Below, piece after piece: positions 53,683 to 62,471 of a stretch of DNA of 64,000 nt. This DNA is from Trueperaceae bacterium. GTDB lineage: Bacteria; Deinococcota; Deinococci; Deinococcales; Trueperaceae. The position numbers and the translations under genes are program-made. Within the stretch, counting starts at the first letter, position 1; each line of letters starts with the position of its first letter. The DNA is taken from assembly GCA_965214405.1 (NCBI GenBank), contig OZ243956.1, forward strand, positions 3,168,001 through 3,232,000. Direction: 5' to 3'. The notes under the pieces are model-generated. The model was not told the DNA's origin and did no database searches. It worked only from the letters and a program-made list of their open reading frames with translations.

Positions 53683-54377
53683 CGCCACGGCCCTTCTAAA
53701 GCTTCCCTAACCTCCTCGACCCCCACGCGCCAGACCTCGTCCATCTGCTCATCGGGGCGCTCGTAACGTCCGCCGAACGAGCCGTCGCCCAACATCTCGC
53801 GCACTCCCGCCGCCGAAAGAAGGCGCATCTTTTCGGTGTCCACCATTCTTTTTTGCGTATCGGGTGAGCTGACGCCCTCGAGCCGCGTCCACGCGAACGC
53901 CTCCATCCACGACGCGTGCGAGGCTTCATTGTCTATCTCGCGCACTTTTTGGAGCGTCTTGGGCGCGTTCCACCAGTTGTGCCACTTCACCTGCACACCG
54001 TCGTGCTCGTTCATCCACTCCTGCAAAAAGGCGCTCCCGGCGCTGTTGCCGCCGTGGCCGTTGACGAACAACACGCGTTTGAAGCCCGTTCCGGCGAGGC
54101 TGCCTAAGATATCCTCGAGAATGTGGAGGTAGGTCTCGAGCCGTAAACTCACCGTGCCGGGATAGGCGAGGAAGTAGGGCGTAATGCCGTAGTTGAGCAC
54201 CGGGAAAACGGGCACATTCAGAGGCTCGGCGGCTTCGCGCGCGACGCGCTCGGAGAGGATGTTGTCGGCGCAGAGGCTTAAGAAAGCGTGCTGCTCGGTC
54301 GAGCCCAGGGGGACCACGGCGCGGTCGTCGCGCTCTAAATACCGTTCAACTTGTGTCCAGTTCATCGTCTCTATCAT
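53679..54377 (-). CDS. Creatininase family amidohydrolase
   Basis: PLGSTEQH, NGHGGN, HASWME motifs. Confidence 0.92.
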   Translation of the reverse strand: MIETMNWTQVERYLERDDRAVVPLGSTEQHAFLSLCADNILSERVAREAAEPLNVPVFPVLNYGITPYFLAYPGTVSLRLETYLHILEDILGSLAGTGFKRVLFVNGHGGNSAGSAFLQEWMNEHDGVQVKWHNWWNAPKTLQKVREIDNEASHASWMEAFAWTRLEGVSSPDTQKRMVDTEKMRLLSAAGVREMLGDGSFGGRYERPDEQMDEVWRVGVEEVREALEGPWR

Positions 54378-54538
54378 GCGCGCTCCTTGGCAAAACACCG
54401 TTCGTTTATATAATCCATAAGAGGAGTGTAAGGGAGCAGAACCGCCAGGTAAAGCTCAGAAAGAGCGAGCCTAAGCGGGGCGGTCACTCGAGCTGCGGGA
54501 CGGGGTTGATGGGTGACCACCCTCATTCATTGGAACTG

Positions 54539-55849
54539 CTACCCCGTCCCCTCCTCTGGCAGCGCCTTGAAAAGTCGCCCCGCCTCATTGAGCGCCGTTC
54601 CTAGGGCGAGCCCAGGTCCCAGCCCTTTGACCGAAAGCACTTCCACGGTTTCGGGCAAAAGGAGCCGGGCGTAGCGCTCTTTGAGTTCGGCTAAACGCAG
54701 CTTGAACTCGAGTTCCAGCCCCTCCACCGACCCCTGCAAATCGCGGTTTTTCTGCTCGCGCGCTGCTAGGTTTGCTAACTCGCGCTTCACTTCCGAGGCG
54801 ACCTCCTCGAGGGTTTGCCGCGCCCTCACCAGGCTCGCCTGCCGCGCCGCGCCGACCCGCTCGGCGACGCGGGTGTCTAGCCTCACCTTGGTCTGCTGGA
54901 GGTCGAGCGCGCGGCTCCTCGTTTCTTTGCGCCTCGTCCGGAGGAGCGATTCAACCTGCTTGACCGCCGCCTCGACGCGCACCTGCTGGGTCTCGGCCAT
55001 CGCCTCGATTTCTTTGAGGAGCGTGCGGATGGCCTCTAAGTCTCCCAGAATCTCGTTGTCCGCGCCCGGCATACTGCCGCGCACCACCTCGACGCCGTAG
55101 GTGGCGCGCAAGTCGCCATTCAGCGCCTCAATAATGTTGTCGATGCGGTCGCGCCCGCTAAACTTGACGCGCGCGTCCTCGACGGAGGTGATGATGCGCA
55201 AGGTGAGGTAGCTCGCGTAGAGGCTCAAGATTTTCATGATGTTGCCGGGCGAACTCTGCTCGATAAAGACCGCGGGGTCGACCACGCGAAAGACGAGCTG
55301 CTGCGTCAGGGTTATAGACGCGTAGTCCGCGGTAAAGTTGGCGTCTTCTAGGTCGACCACCTGGTCGCGCTGCGACACGAGAAAAGGGACAAAGGTGTCA
55401 AACCGGTAGAGCCAGTTGCGACCGCTGTGCGCGCGCCGCCCGGTCGGCTTGCCGTAGCGGCAGACCACGCCCGCGTAGCCGTCGGGCACGTCCACTCGAG
55501 CGTTGCTCAAGTAGCGCCCGACAAAAACGAGTGCCCCCAAAATCAGCGCGGGAAACGCCAAAAGTTTGAGGAGCCCCGGCAGCAACACCAGCGTGAGCAA
55601 ACCCAGCGTGACGAGCCCGAGCCCCGACACGCGGCGTTTGTCGGGCATAAATGTCAAGATGCGCTCCTCGTCAACCGCGCTAAAGCGCTTCAGGTCGCCC
55701 TCGGAGACGCCGCGCTTGACCGCGCCCACCATCTGCTCGAGCTTGCGCCCCACCGCCGCCTCGACCTCGCGCGAGCCGCCCTCCAGAAGTTCGTCCAACG
55801 ACCCCCTGGCCTTTTCGCCCAGCCGCTCTCCCACCTCACGGTAACTCAC
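54539..55849 (-). CDS. SPFH/Band 7 domain membrane protein with C-terminal coiled coil
   Basis: TM hairpin then VPDGYAGVVCRYGK, T.D..I...FRVVDP, YGVEV; helical A/E/R-rich tail. Confidence 0.75.
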   Translation of the reverse strand: MSYREVGERLGEKARGSLDELLEGGSREVEAAVGRKLEQMVGAVKRGVSEGDLKRFSAVDEERILTFMPDKRRVSGLGLVTLGLLTLVLLPGLLKLLAFPALILGALVFVGRYLSNARVDVPDGYAGVVCRYGKPTGRRAHSGRNWLYRFDTFVPFLVSQRDQVVDLEDANFTADYASITLTQQLVFRVVDPAVFIEQSSPGNIMKILSLYASYLTLRIITSVEDARVKFSGRDRIDNIIEALNGDLRATYGVEVVRGSMPGADNEILGDLEAIRTLLKEIEAMAETQQVRVEAAVKQVESLLRTRRKETRSRALDLQQTKVRLDTRVAERVGAARQASLVRARQTLEEVASEVKRELANLAAREQKNRDLQGSVEGLELEFKLRLAELKERYARLLLPETVEVLSVKGLGPGLALGTALNEAGRLFKALPEEGTG

Positions 55850-57627
55850 GCGCGCACCTCCTCAGTTTTCTCAAGCCCAATTTTCTCAAGCCCAGTCTTT
55901 TCAACCCCAGGTTTTTCAACCTCAACCTTTTCAACCTCAATCTTCTCAAGCCCAGGGTTCTCAAGCTCGCGCGCTCTGGTTCTCACCTCTAACTCGTCCA
56001 CTTCACCCACCAAGCGGGCGATGGCGTTGACCTGGCGGCGCACCGCCTCGGGCGTGTACTTGACCTCGGCCCCGGAGCCCATCGGGATGCGCTCAAGCTC
56101 GCGGGTGAGGTCCGCCATCAGCGCCTGAACGTCGAGTTGGTAGTGCTCCAACGTCTTGCCCACCGTGCCCGCCTCCGTTTCGCCTTTCGTCTTGAGTTCG
56201 CCCAGCACCTCGCGCAAGCCGCTCTTTTGGAGCAGCGTCTCTATCACGTCGCCCCCAAAAAAGGCGCTCAAGTCGGCCCGGTCGGTCACCACCCGGCTCA
56301 CGCGCGGCAGTTCCGTCGCGGCCCCCTCCAGACGCGCCAAGAGGTCGTTTTGTTTTTGGATGTAGGTCTCGAGCGCCGCGCTCTTCACCCCCCGCGCCCG
56401 CACCTGCTCCTTGAGGGTCGAGACCTGCGAGAGCGCGGGCGCGAGGTACGAGGCGACGATGTTCTCTATCGCGGCCTCGCGCGCGCCGATAATCTGGTCC
56501 TGGATGGCCTTGTCCTCCAAGGTCGTCTTGATCGCGTCGATTTCGCTGATGATGCGCTCGACCTCCAACACGCCCAACGACACATCGGCAACCTTGGCGG
56601 CGATCTCTTCGGAAATCTCCTCCTCGGTAATGTCTTTGAGCGTGTCCGTCGCCTGCCGCACCCGCGTAATCGACGACACGAGCCCGACCGCCAGGGTGCG
56701 TAAATAATCGTCGCTGGTCAGGTTGCCCTGCGGCAGATGGTCCAACAAGGTGATGCCGTAGCCCTCGCCCAGGCTTTGCAGCTTGCCGAGCAGCGCCCGG
56801 CGGCGGGGCGTCGCGTCTTCGGCGAGGCCAAAGCGCGAAATGTCGAGTTCCGCGATGCTGGCGATTTTTGAAAGGAGTTCTACGCTGAGGTCGCTGCGCT
56901 CGAGCTCCGTCAGCCGCTCCGTGATGCTCTCCTCGTCGCCCTTGGGGATGCCCACCCGCTCGACCAAAAAGTGGTTGAAGTGGCGCGCCGACATCCTCAA
57001 CATCTCGTCCTTGATCACGCTCTCGAACAACTCTTGAAGCTGATTGCAGAAGGGCTCAAAGCCGCCGCGCTCGAGCAGCCTATACGTATCATGCACCTGC
57101 GCCACCAGCGCGCCCTTATACGTCAGGCTGATGTTGTCGCCCGTTGTCCCCTGGATGGGCGGCATATCTAGCACGAACGGCTTCGTCGAGACCGCGGCGT
57201 AGGGCCGCACGCGCGGGTCAATCACCGTGGCGCTCCCTCCCGGACGGAGCGTCCGCACGATGCGCTGGTGCTTGGTAAAATGCAACTCGACCCCCGGCTG
57301 TCCCCTGAAAAAGCCGCTTCTGACGAGCGTCGCGGCGAAGTAGAGCGCGTAGATGAGGACCGCGAGCCCGTACTGCAAGGGCGAAATAAGTTGCACGCTG
57401 CTAAACCTGTCAAGTTCGGGCACGCCGCCCAACCAGGCCAAGGGGCGCTGCAAAAAGAAGAGGCTCAGGATGAATAGAAAGCCAACCCCACGCAAAACCA
57501 GCGGAATTCTTTGTAAGTGTGCGCGCTCGAGGTAAGCGATCCCGACCGTTTCGCCCCCCTCATTCTGTTTGCCGATGCGCCTGAGCGCGTTCGTCATGCC
57601 CGTTTTGATTTCGGTAATCCCTAGCAT
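55846..57627 (-). CDS. Divergent SPFH-like membrane protein with long helical region and 5-aa C-terminal repeats
   Basis: Two TM segments; TGDNISL...QVHD and YGITLLD SPFH-like signatures; GTGA overlap with the downstream gene. Confidence 0.6.
   Translation of the reverse strand: MLGITEIKTGMTNALRRIGKQNEGGETVGIAYLERAHLQRIPLVLRGVGFLFILSLFFLQRPLAWLGGVPELDRFSSVQLISPLQYGLAVLIYALYFAATLVRSGFFRGQPGVELHFTKHQRIVRTLRPGGSATVIDPRVRPYAAVSTKPFVLDMPPIQGTTGDNISLTYKGALVAQVHDTYRLLERGGFEPFCNQLQELFESVIKDEMLRMSARHFNHFLVERVGIPKGDEESITERLTELERSDLSVELLSKIASIAELDISRFGLAEDATPRRRALLGKLQSLGEGYGITLLDHLPQGNLTSDDYLRTLAVGLVSSITRVRQATDTLKDITEEEISEEIAAKVADVSLGVLEVERIISEIDAIKTTLEDKAIQDQIIGAREAAIENIVASYLAPALSQVSTLKEQVRARGVKSAALETYIQKQNDLLARLEGAATELPRVSRVVTDRADLSAFFGGDVIETLLQKSGLREVLGELKTKGETEAGTVGKTLEHYQLDVQALMADLTRELERIPMGSGAEVKYTPEAVRRQVNAIARLVGEVDELEVRTRARELENPGLEKIEVEKVEVEKPGVEKTGLEKIGLEKTEEVRA
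55861..55965. repeat. 15-bp coding tandem repeat, ~7 copies ([LV]EKx[GE])
   Basis: LENPG-LEKIE-VEKVE-VEKPG-VEKTG-LEKIG-LEKTE. Confidence 0.85.
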
Positions 57628-57918
57628 AAGGCTCCCTCGAGACTAGAGTTAGGACTAAAACGTAAGTCCAAAGTTAAGGCCAGACCCAAAGTGACTTCAC
57701 GTTTTATCTTAAAGGATTTGTGGGGATTTTCCTCAGCCAAAAGTTGGTCATGGCGGCGTGTTTGTAGACGACTGAGGTTAGGCAGTTTTTGGTGGGGCTC
57801 GAGGTGAGGAGCGGGAGAATAAAAAAGTGCCGAGTACCGAGTGAAAAGGGGTGAGTGGCGAGTAGAGCCTAAAGCCTTTTCTCCCTATGTCCTTCTCCCC
57901 ACCTCCCTTGCTTTTTGC

Positions 57919-58899
57919 TTACCCCTCGCGCCTCTGCGACACCTTGCGCCGCTCCGGCAGTTTGCCGTGCTCGTCCAACCACGCCAGCATCTCGCCTATA
58001 CTCCCCGTCGCCAGCCCGATCGAGGTGTCCGCCGCGCCGTAGTAGAGGTGCAGCGTGTCGCCGTCGTCGGCCACGGTGTAATCGCAGGGGAACACGACGT
58101 TGGGCACGTCGCCGACTCTTTCATAAGGCGCTTCGGGACCAAAAATCCACATGCTGCCCCGGCGGATGCAGACGGTGGGGTTGTCTAAGTCAAAGAGCGC
58201 TAATCCGGCCCGGTAGAGGCTACCCGAGGCGTGGTGGCGCACGCCGTGGTAGATCATGAGCCAGCCCGCAGGCGTCTCGATGGGCGGGGGCGAAAGCCCG
58301 ATTTTGTTGGCGTCCCACCAGGCACCCTGCCGGGCGCGCAAGACTTCTGTGGCGTTGCGCCAGCGGCGCAGGTCTTTAGAAAAGCTCATCCAGATGTTCG
58401 CGCTGCTCGGGGTGACGGGCCGGTGGACGAGCACCCAGTAGCCGTCAATGCGCCGCGGCAAGAGCGCCGCGTCTTTGTCCTCGGGGGGCATGATGGTGCC
58501 GTACCGCTCAAACGTCTTGAAGTCCTCGGTGAGCGCCAAAGACACGCCCGGCCCGCGAATCGAAAAGGCGGTGTAGACGACCGCGTAGCGCCCCTCCTCG
58601 GGCAAATAGGTGACGCGCGGGTCCTCGATGCCCCACGTCTCCTCCTCAAAATCATCCGGGTCGGGCAGCAGCGTGGGTTCGGGGTCAATTTGCCAGTTGT
58701 CAACACCATTTTGAGACCGCGCGGCGCAGAGGTGCGAGAAGCCGCGCCGGTCCTCGACGCGGCACAAGAGGAGGGTGGTGCCGTCTTGCAAGCGGGTCGC
58801 GCCGGGGTTGAAAATCGTGTGGGCGGGGTAAGGCCAGTCCGCCGCGCTTAGGATGGGGTTGTTCGGGTGCCTAATGAGGAGTTCGGGATAGGATGCCAT
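57919..58899 (-). CDS. Glycoside hydrolase family 130 (PH1107-like glycosidase/phosphorylase)
   Basis: FNPGA, GIEDPRV, KDAAL, LVHRP, GDVPNVVFPC, YYGAAD motifs. Confidence 0.9.
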   Translation of the reverse strand: MASYPELLIRHPNNPILSAADWPYPAHTIFNPGATRLQDGTTLLLCRVEDRRGFSHLCAARSQNGVDNWQIDPEPTLLPDPDDFEEETWGIEDPRVTYLPEEGRYAVVYTAFSIRGPGVSLALTEDFKTFERYGTIMPPEDKDAALLPRRIDGYWVLVHRPVTPSSANIWMSFSKDLRRWRNATEVLRARQGAWWDANKIGLSPPPIETPAGWLMIYHGVRHHASGSLYRAGLALFDLDNPTVCIRRGSMWIFGPEAPYERVGDVPNVVFPCDYTVADDGDTLHLYYGAADTSIGLATGSIGEMLAWLDEHGKLPERRKVSQRREG

Positions 58900-58940
58900 A
58901 GCGTCTCCAAGGAATTAAAACGGGATTGGGGTAAACCAAG

Positions 58941-59990
58941 TCAGGGAGAATCGAGACGGTGTGAATCAAGACGGTGTGAATCAAGGATGTCCTTATATAC
59001 CTTGAGGTACCCCGCGACCATGTGACGAACTTCAAAGCGCCCTTGGGCGTAACGGCGCACCGCCGCGCGCTCGAGCGTCGCCACTTTAGGAAGCGCGTTC
59101 AAAGCTTCCTCTACAGCGTCTCCAGCCTCCACAATAAACCCGCTCAGCCCGCCTTGCACCACCTCCGGCACCGAGCCGCGCCGGGTGGCGATGATCGGGG
59201 TGCCGCAGGCCATCGCCTCGACCATGCTGAGGCCGAAGGGCTCGTCGAAATGAATGAGGTGCAAAAGGGCGTACGCGCCGCCCAAAAGTTTGTCGCGCTC
59301 ATCAGGACCGACCGAGCCGAGGTAACGAATTTTTTCATTGAGATGCGGCGCTATCTCCCGCTCAAAATACGTTTCGTCTTGGATGATGCCTGCCAACAGG
59401 AGGGGCATTCCGCTCCGCTGCGCCACCCGGACGGCGTCGGCGGCACCCTTGTCGGGGTGGATGCGCCCGAAAAAGAGCAGGTAGTCGCCGGGGTCGCGCT
59501 GGAGGGTGAACTCGCCAAAGTCGATGCCGTGGTAGACGGTCGCGGCGTAGCTGAGGGCGGGATAGCGGTCTGCGTTGCTGATGGAGACGTAGTGCGTGGT
59601 GCGGTCATAGCGCCTGTAAACGGGCAGGATGCGGGGGCTCGAGAACCCGTGAATCGTCGTCACGACGGGTGTGGTGACGAGGTCGCTAAAGCAGAGCGGC
59701 AAAAAGTCGAAGTGGTTGTGGATGAGGTCGAACCCATTCGCGCGTTCAAAGGCGTGCGCGATGTGCAGACCCTCCCAAACCTTGGCGTCGAGCGTGCGGT
59801 CCTCTTCGTAAGGGCGCGGACAGACGGCCTCCAAGCGAGTGCTCGTGAGCGAGTCCGCGGTGGCGAAGAGCGTCACCTCGACCCCCGCCGCCACCAGACC
59901 CTCGGTGAGGAGCGACACCACCCGCTCCCACGGCCCGTAGTGGCGCGGCGGCACGCGCCAGGCGATGGGGGCGAGCATCCCGACGCGCAA
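58941..59990 (-). CDS. Glycosyltransferase family 4
   Basis: APIAWRVPPRHYGPWE, FGRIHPDKG, EPFGLSMVEAMACGTP; likely TTG start at 59990 just after the upstream stop. Confidence 0.9.
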   Translation of the reverse strand: MRVGMLAPIAWRVPPRHYGPWERVVSLLTEGLVAAGVEVTLFATADSLTSTRLEAVCPRPYEEDRTLDAKVWEGLHIAHAFERANGFDLIHNHFDFLPLCFSDLVTTPVVTTIHGFSSPRILPVYRRYDRTTHYVSISNADRYPALSYAATVYHGIDFGEFTLQRDPGDYLLFFGRIHPDKGAADAVRVAQRSGMPLLLAGIIQDETYFEREIAPHLNEKIRYLGSVGPDERDKLLGGAYALLHLIHFDEPFGLSMVEAMACGTPIIATRRGSVPEVVQGGLSGFIVEAGDAVEEALNALPKVATLERAAVRRYAQGRFEVRHMVAGYLKVYKDILDSHRLDSHRLDSP

Positions 59991-59991
59991 A

Positions 59992-62262
59992 TTAGCCCTT
60001 GGCGAGCGTGAGGAGAGGTTTAGGCCGCTCGGTGAGTTGAAGCTCGAGCGACGCCAGCAAGAACGCCAATGTAGACTCCGCGCCCTGATTTTCGTTCGTG
60101 CGGTCCGGGTGGAGGCCGTCGCGGCAGCCGCCGGTGGTGGGGTCGTAAAGGGGCAAGCCAAGGTCATTGCGGCCCAAGAACCAGGCAAAGGTCCCCTCCG
60201 CCTCCCCGTACCAGCGCGCGTCGCCTGTGGCGCGGTAGGCCTCCAAACAAGCCGACACCGTCGCGTAGGCCTCGATGGGCTGCTGGTCGAAGGGGGGCCG
60301 GTCATCGCCGCGTTGGTACACCCGGTCCGAGCCGATGGGTGCGGCGTGACCCTCGGGGGCGCGCTGCTGCTCGAGCAGCCACGAAAGCGTCTCCAGTCCC
60401 ACCGCCGTCAGGGCCGCGTCCTCAGTCACCCGACCAAAGGCGAGAAGGCCGTGCGGCAGTTTGGCGTTGCTGTACGACAAAAGCGTCTCGAACCAGGGCC
60501 AGTCAGGGGAGGCCGACGCCTCGTAACGCGCCACCAAGCGCGCGGCCAACGTGTTACCCAAGTCCTGAACGTGCGCGTCGCGCCGCGAAAACTCTAGGCG
60601 TTCGGCCAGCGCCATCAAACCGAGCGCCCAGGCTCTGGGGGAGGAGAAATCCGCCAGCGCGGGAAGCGCCCGCTCAAAAAGCCCTTCGGCGGCGCGGCGT
60701 TGGCCTCTGTCCTGGCTGTAACGCAAGAACGTGGCGAGCGCGCGCAGAGCCCTTGCGTGCGCGTTCTCCGCGCCGACGCGCTCGAGCCAGGTGCGTTCAA
60801 AAGACATAAAGTTGCGGAATCTGCCCGTGGGCGCGTCAAACGCGTGTACTAGAAAAGCCAAATAGCGCCCGCTGAGGTCGCGCAGCGCCCGCGCTTGGTC
60901 GGGCAGGAGGGGTTCTGAAAGCGCCGCGGCCATGAGCGCTCGAGCGTTGTCGTCGGTGGTGTAGCCCTCATGGCGGTTGGGCACGGTAAAGGTCGCGTGC
61001 TGGAACACGCCCGTGTCATCGGACAGGGTGAGGAGGTGACCCAAGTCGAGAGGCGGGGGCTTGGCGGCACCTCCTCGTCCGTCTCCTTTTGTGGCGGACG
61101 CGCGCCACTGCGCCGCGGTTTGCGCGAACGCGTCCCAGTAAGCTTGCGCCACGCTGGGCCAGGTCATCGTGCGGCCAAAGCGGTAGGCTCGAGCCTGCAA
61201 CGCCGCGCGCGCGGCGTCATCGTTAAAAAGATCGTTCACCGCCGCCGACACTGCGCCCGCATCCCGAAAAGGCACGAGCACGCCGCGCTCATCTGCCAGG
61301 AGTTCTTCGGCGTACCAGTAGGGCGTCGACACGACCGCCTTGCCCATCCCCAACGCGTAAGCGAGCGTGCCTGAGGTGATTTGCTCCCTGGTAAGGTAGG
61401 GCGTGATGTAAATGTCGGCTGCTTCAATGTACCGAATAAGCTCTTCCAAAGAGACAAAGCGGTCGTCAAAACGGACGCGCGCGCCCACGCCGAGGGCGTC
61501 TGCAAGTTTTACCAAGCTCTCGCGGTAGCGCTCCCCCTCGTGCGCCAGCACGTGCGGATGGGTCGCGCCGAGCACGATGTAGACCACGTCCGGGTGCCGC
61601 GCGATAATCTCGGGCAGCGCCTCTATCACCGTTTCGACGCCCTTGTTTTGCGACAGCAGGCCAAAGGTGAGGAGCACCCGCTTGTCCGCCACGCCAAAGG
61701 CTGCTTTGAACGGACTTACGTCCACAAAAGGCGCGTCGGGGATGCCGTGGTGGATAAGCATGATTTTCGACTCGGCGACGCCGTAAATGTCTCGCAAGAA
61801 GTCCGCGCCGCGCTGGCTCATCACCACGAGCCGTTCCGAGCGGCTGCAAAGCTCGTCCATCACGCGCCGCTGCGCCGTGTCGGGCCGGTCCAAAACGGTA
61901 TGGAGCGTGGTCACCACGGGCAGGTTGAGCTCGCGCAGCAGCGGCAAAACATATGAGCCCGCCGGACCGCCGAAGATGCCGAACTCGTGTTGCAAACTCA
62001 CCAGTTCGGCCCCGCTCAGGTTCAAAACGTCCGCCGCGCGACCGTAGTCGCCCAGGTCGTGCTGCGCGACGGTGTGGCGGACGCGCTTGGGGTACGCGTA
62101 ACCCTCGGGGCGGTCGTTCATCGCCACGACGAACACGTCCGCCTCTACCCGCGCCGCCCCCAGCGCCTCCGCGAGGTCGGTCGTAAAGGTGGCGATGCCG
62201 CACTGGCGCGGCGTGTGGTTGCCGATAACAGCCACGCGTTTAAGCTTAGAGTGACGCACCAT
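59992..62262 (-). CDS. GT4 glycosyltransferase fused to a C-terminal helical glycosidase-like domain
   Basis: PRQCGIATFT, QHEFGIFGG, QITSGTLAYA; C-terminal GYTTDDNARAL, FDQQPIEA, NQGAESTL. Confidence 0.88.
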   Translation of the reverse strand: MVRHSKLKRVAVIGNHTPRQCGIATFTTDLAEALGAARVEADVFVVAMNDRPEGYAYPKRVRHTVAQHDLGDYGRAADVLNLSGAELVSLQHEFGIFGGPAGSYVLPLLRELNLPVVTTLHTVLDRPDTAQRRVMDELCSRSERLVVMSQRGADFLRDIYGVAESKIMLIHHGIPDAPFVDVSPFKAAFGVADKRVLLTFGLLSQNKGVETVIEALPEIIARHPDVVYIVLGATHPHVLAHEGERYRESLVKLADALGVGARVRFDDRFVSLEELIRYIEAADIYITPYLTREQITSGTLAYALGMGKAVVSTPYWYAEELLADERGVLVPFRDAGAVSAAVNDLFNDDAARAALQARAYRFGRTMTWPSVAQAYWDAFAQTAAQWRASATKGDGRGGAAKPPPLDLGHLLTLSDDTGVFQHATFTVPNRHEGYTTDDNARALMAAALSEPLLPDQARALRDLSGRYLAFLVHAFDAPTGRFRNFMSFERTWLERVGAENAHARALRALATFLRYSQDRGQRRAAEGLFERALPALADFSSPRAWALGLMALAERLEFSRRDAHVQDLGNTLAARLVARYEASASPDWPWFETLLSYSNAKLPHGLLAFGRVTEDAALTAVGLETLSWLLEQQRAPEGHAAPIGSDRVYQRGDDRPPFDQQPIEAYATVSACLEAYRATGDARWYGEAEGTFAWFLGRNDLGLPLYDPTTGGCRDGLHPDRTNENQGAESTLAFLLASLELQLTERPKPLLTLAKG

Positions 62263-62471
62263 AACCCCCTTTGGTCGCATTGACGACACCAGCGCACCGG
62301 TAAAATCGTGGATGTGCGCTCGAGTTCTGCTATGTTTACTTTTTCGTGGCTCACCCCGCCGCAGGGTGATTAAAAGTTCATCTTATAGGATAGTAGAAGA
62401 TCTTAATGAAGGACGAAGAACATTCGTGGAGCCACCGCGAAGGCAAGGAAGTCCAAAGCCTCAACACAACC

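Noticed and set aside
59991..60305. Long N-terminal extension of the GT4 ORF
   Set aside because: It overlaps the upstream gene, and GT4 similarity begins at about 59990.
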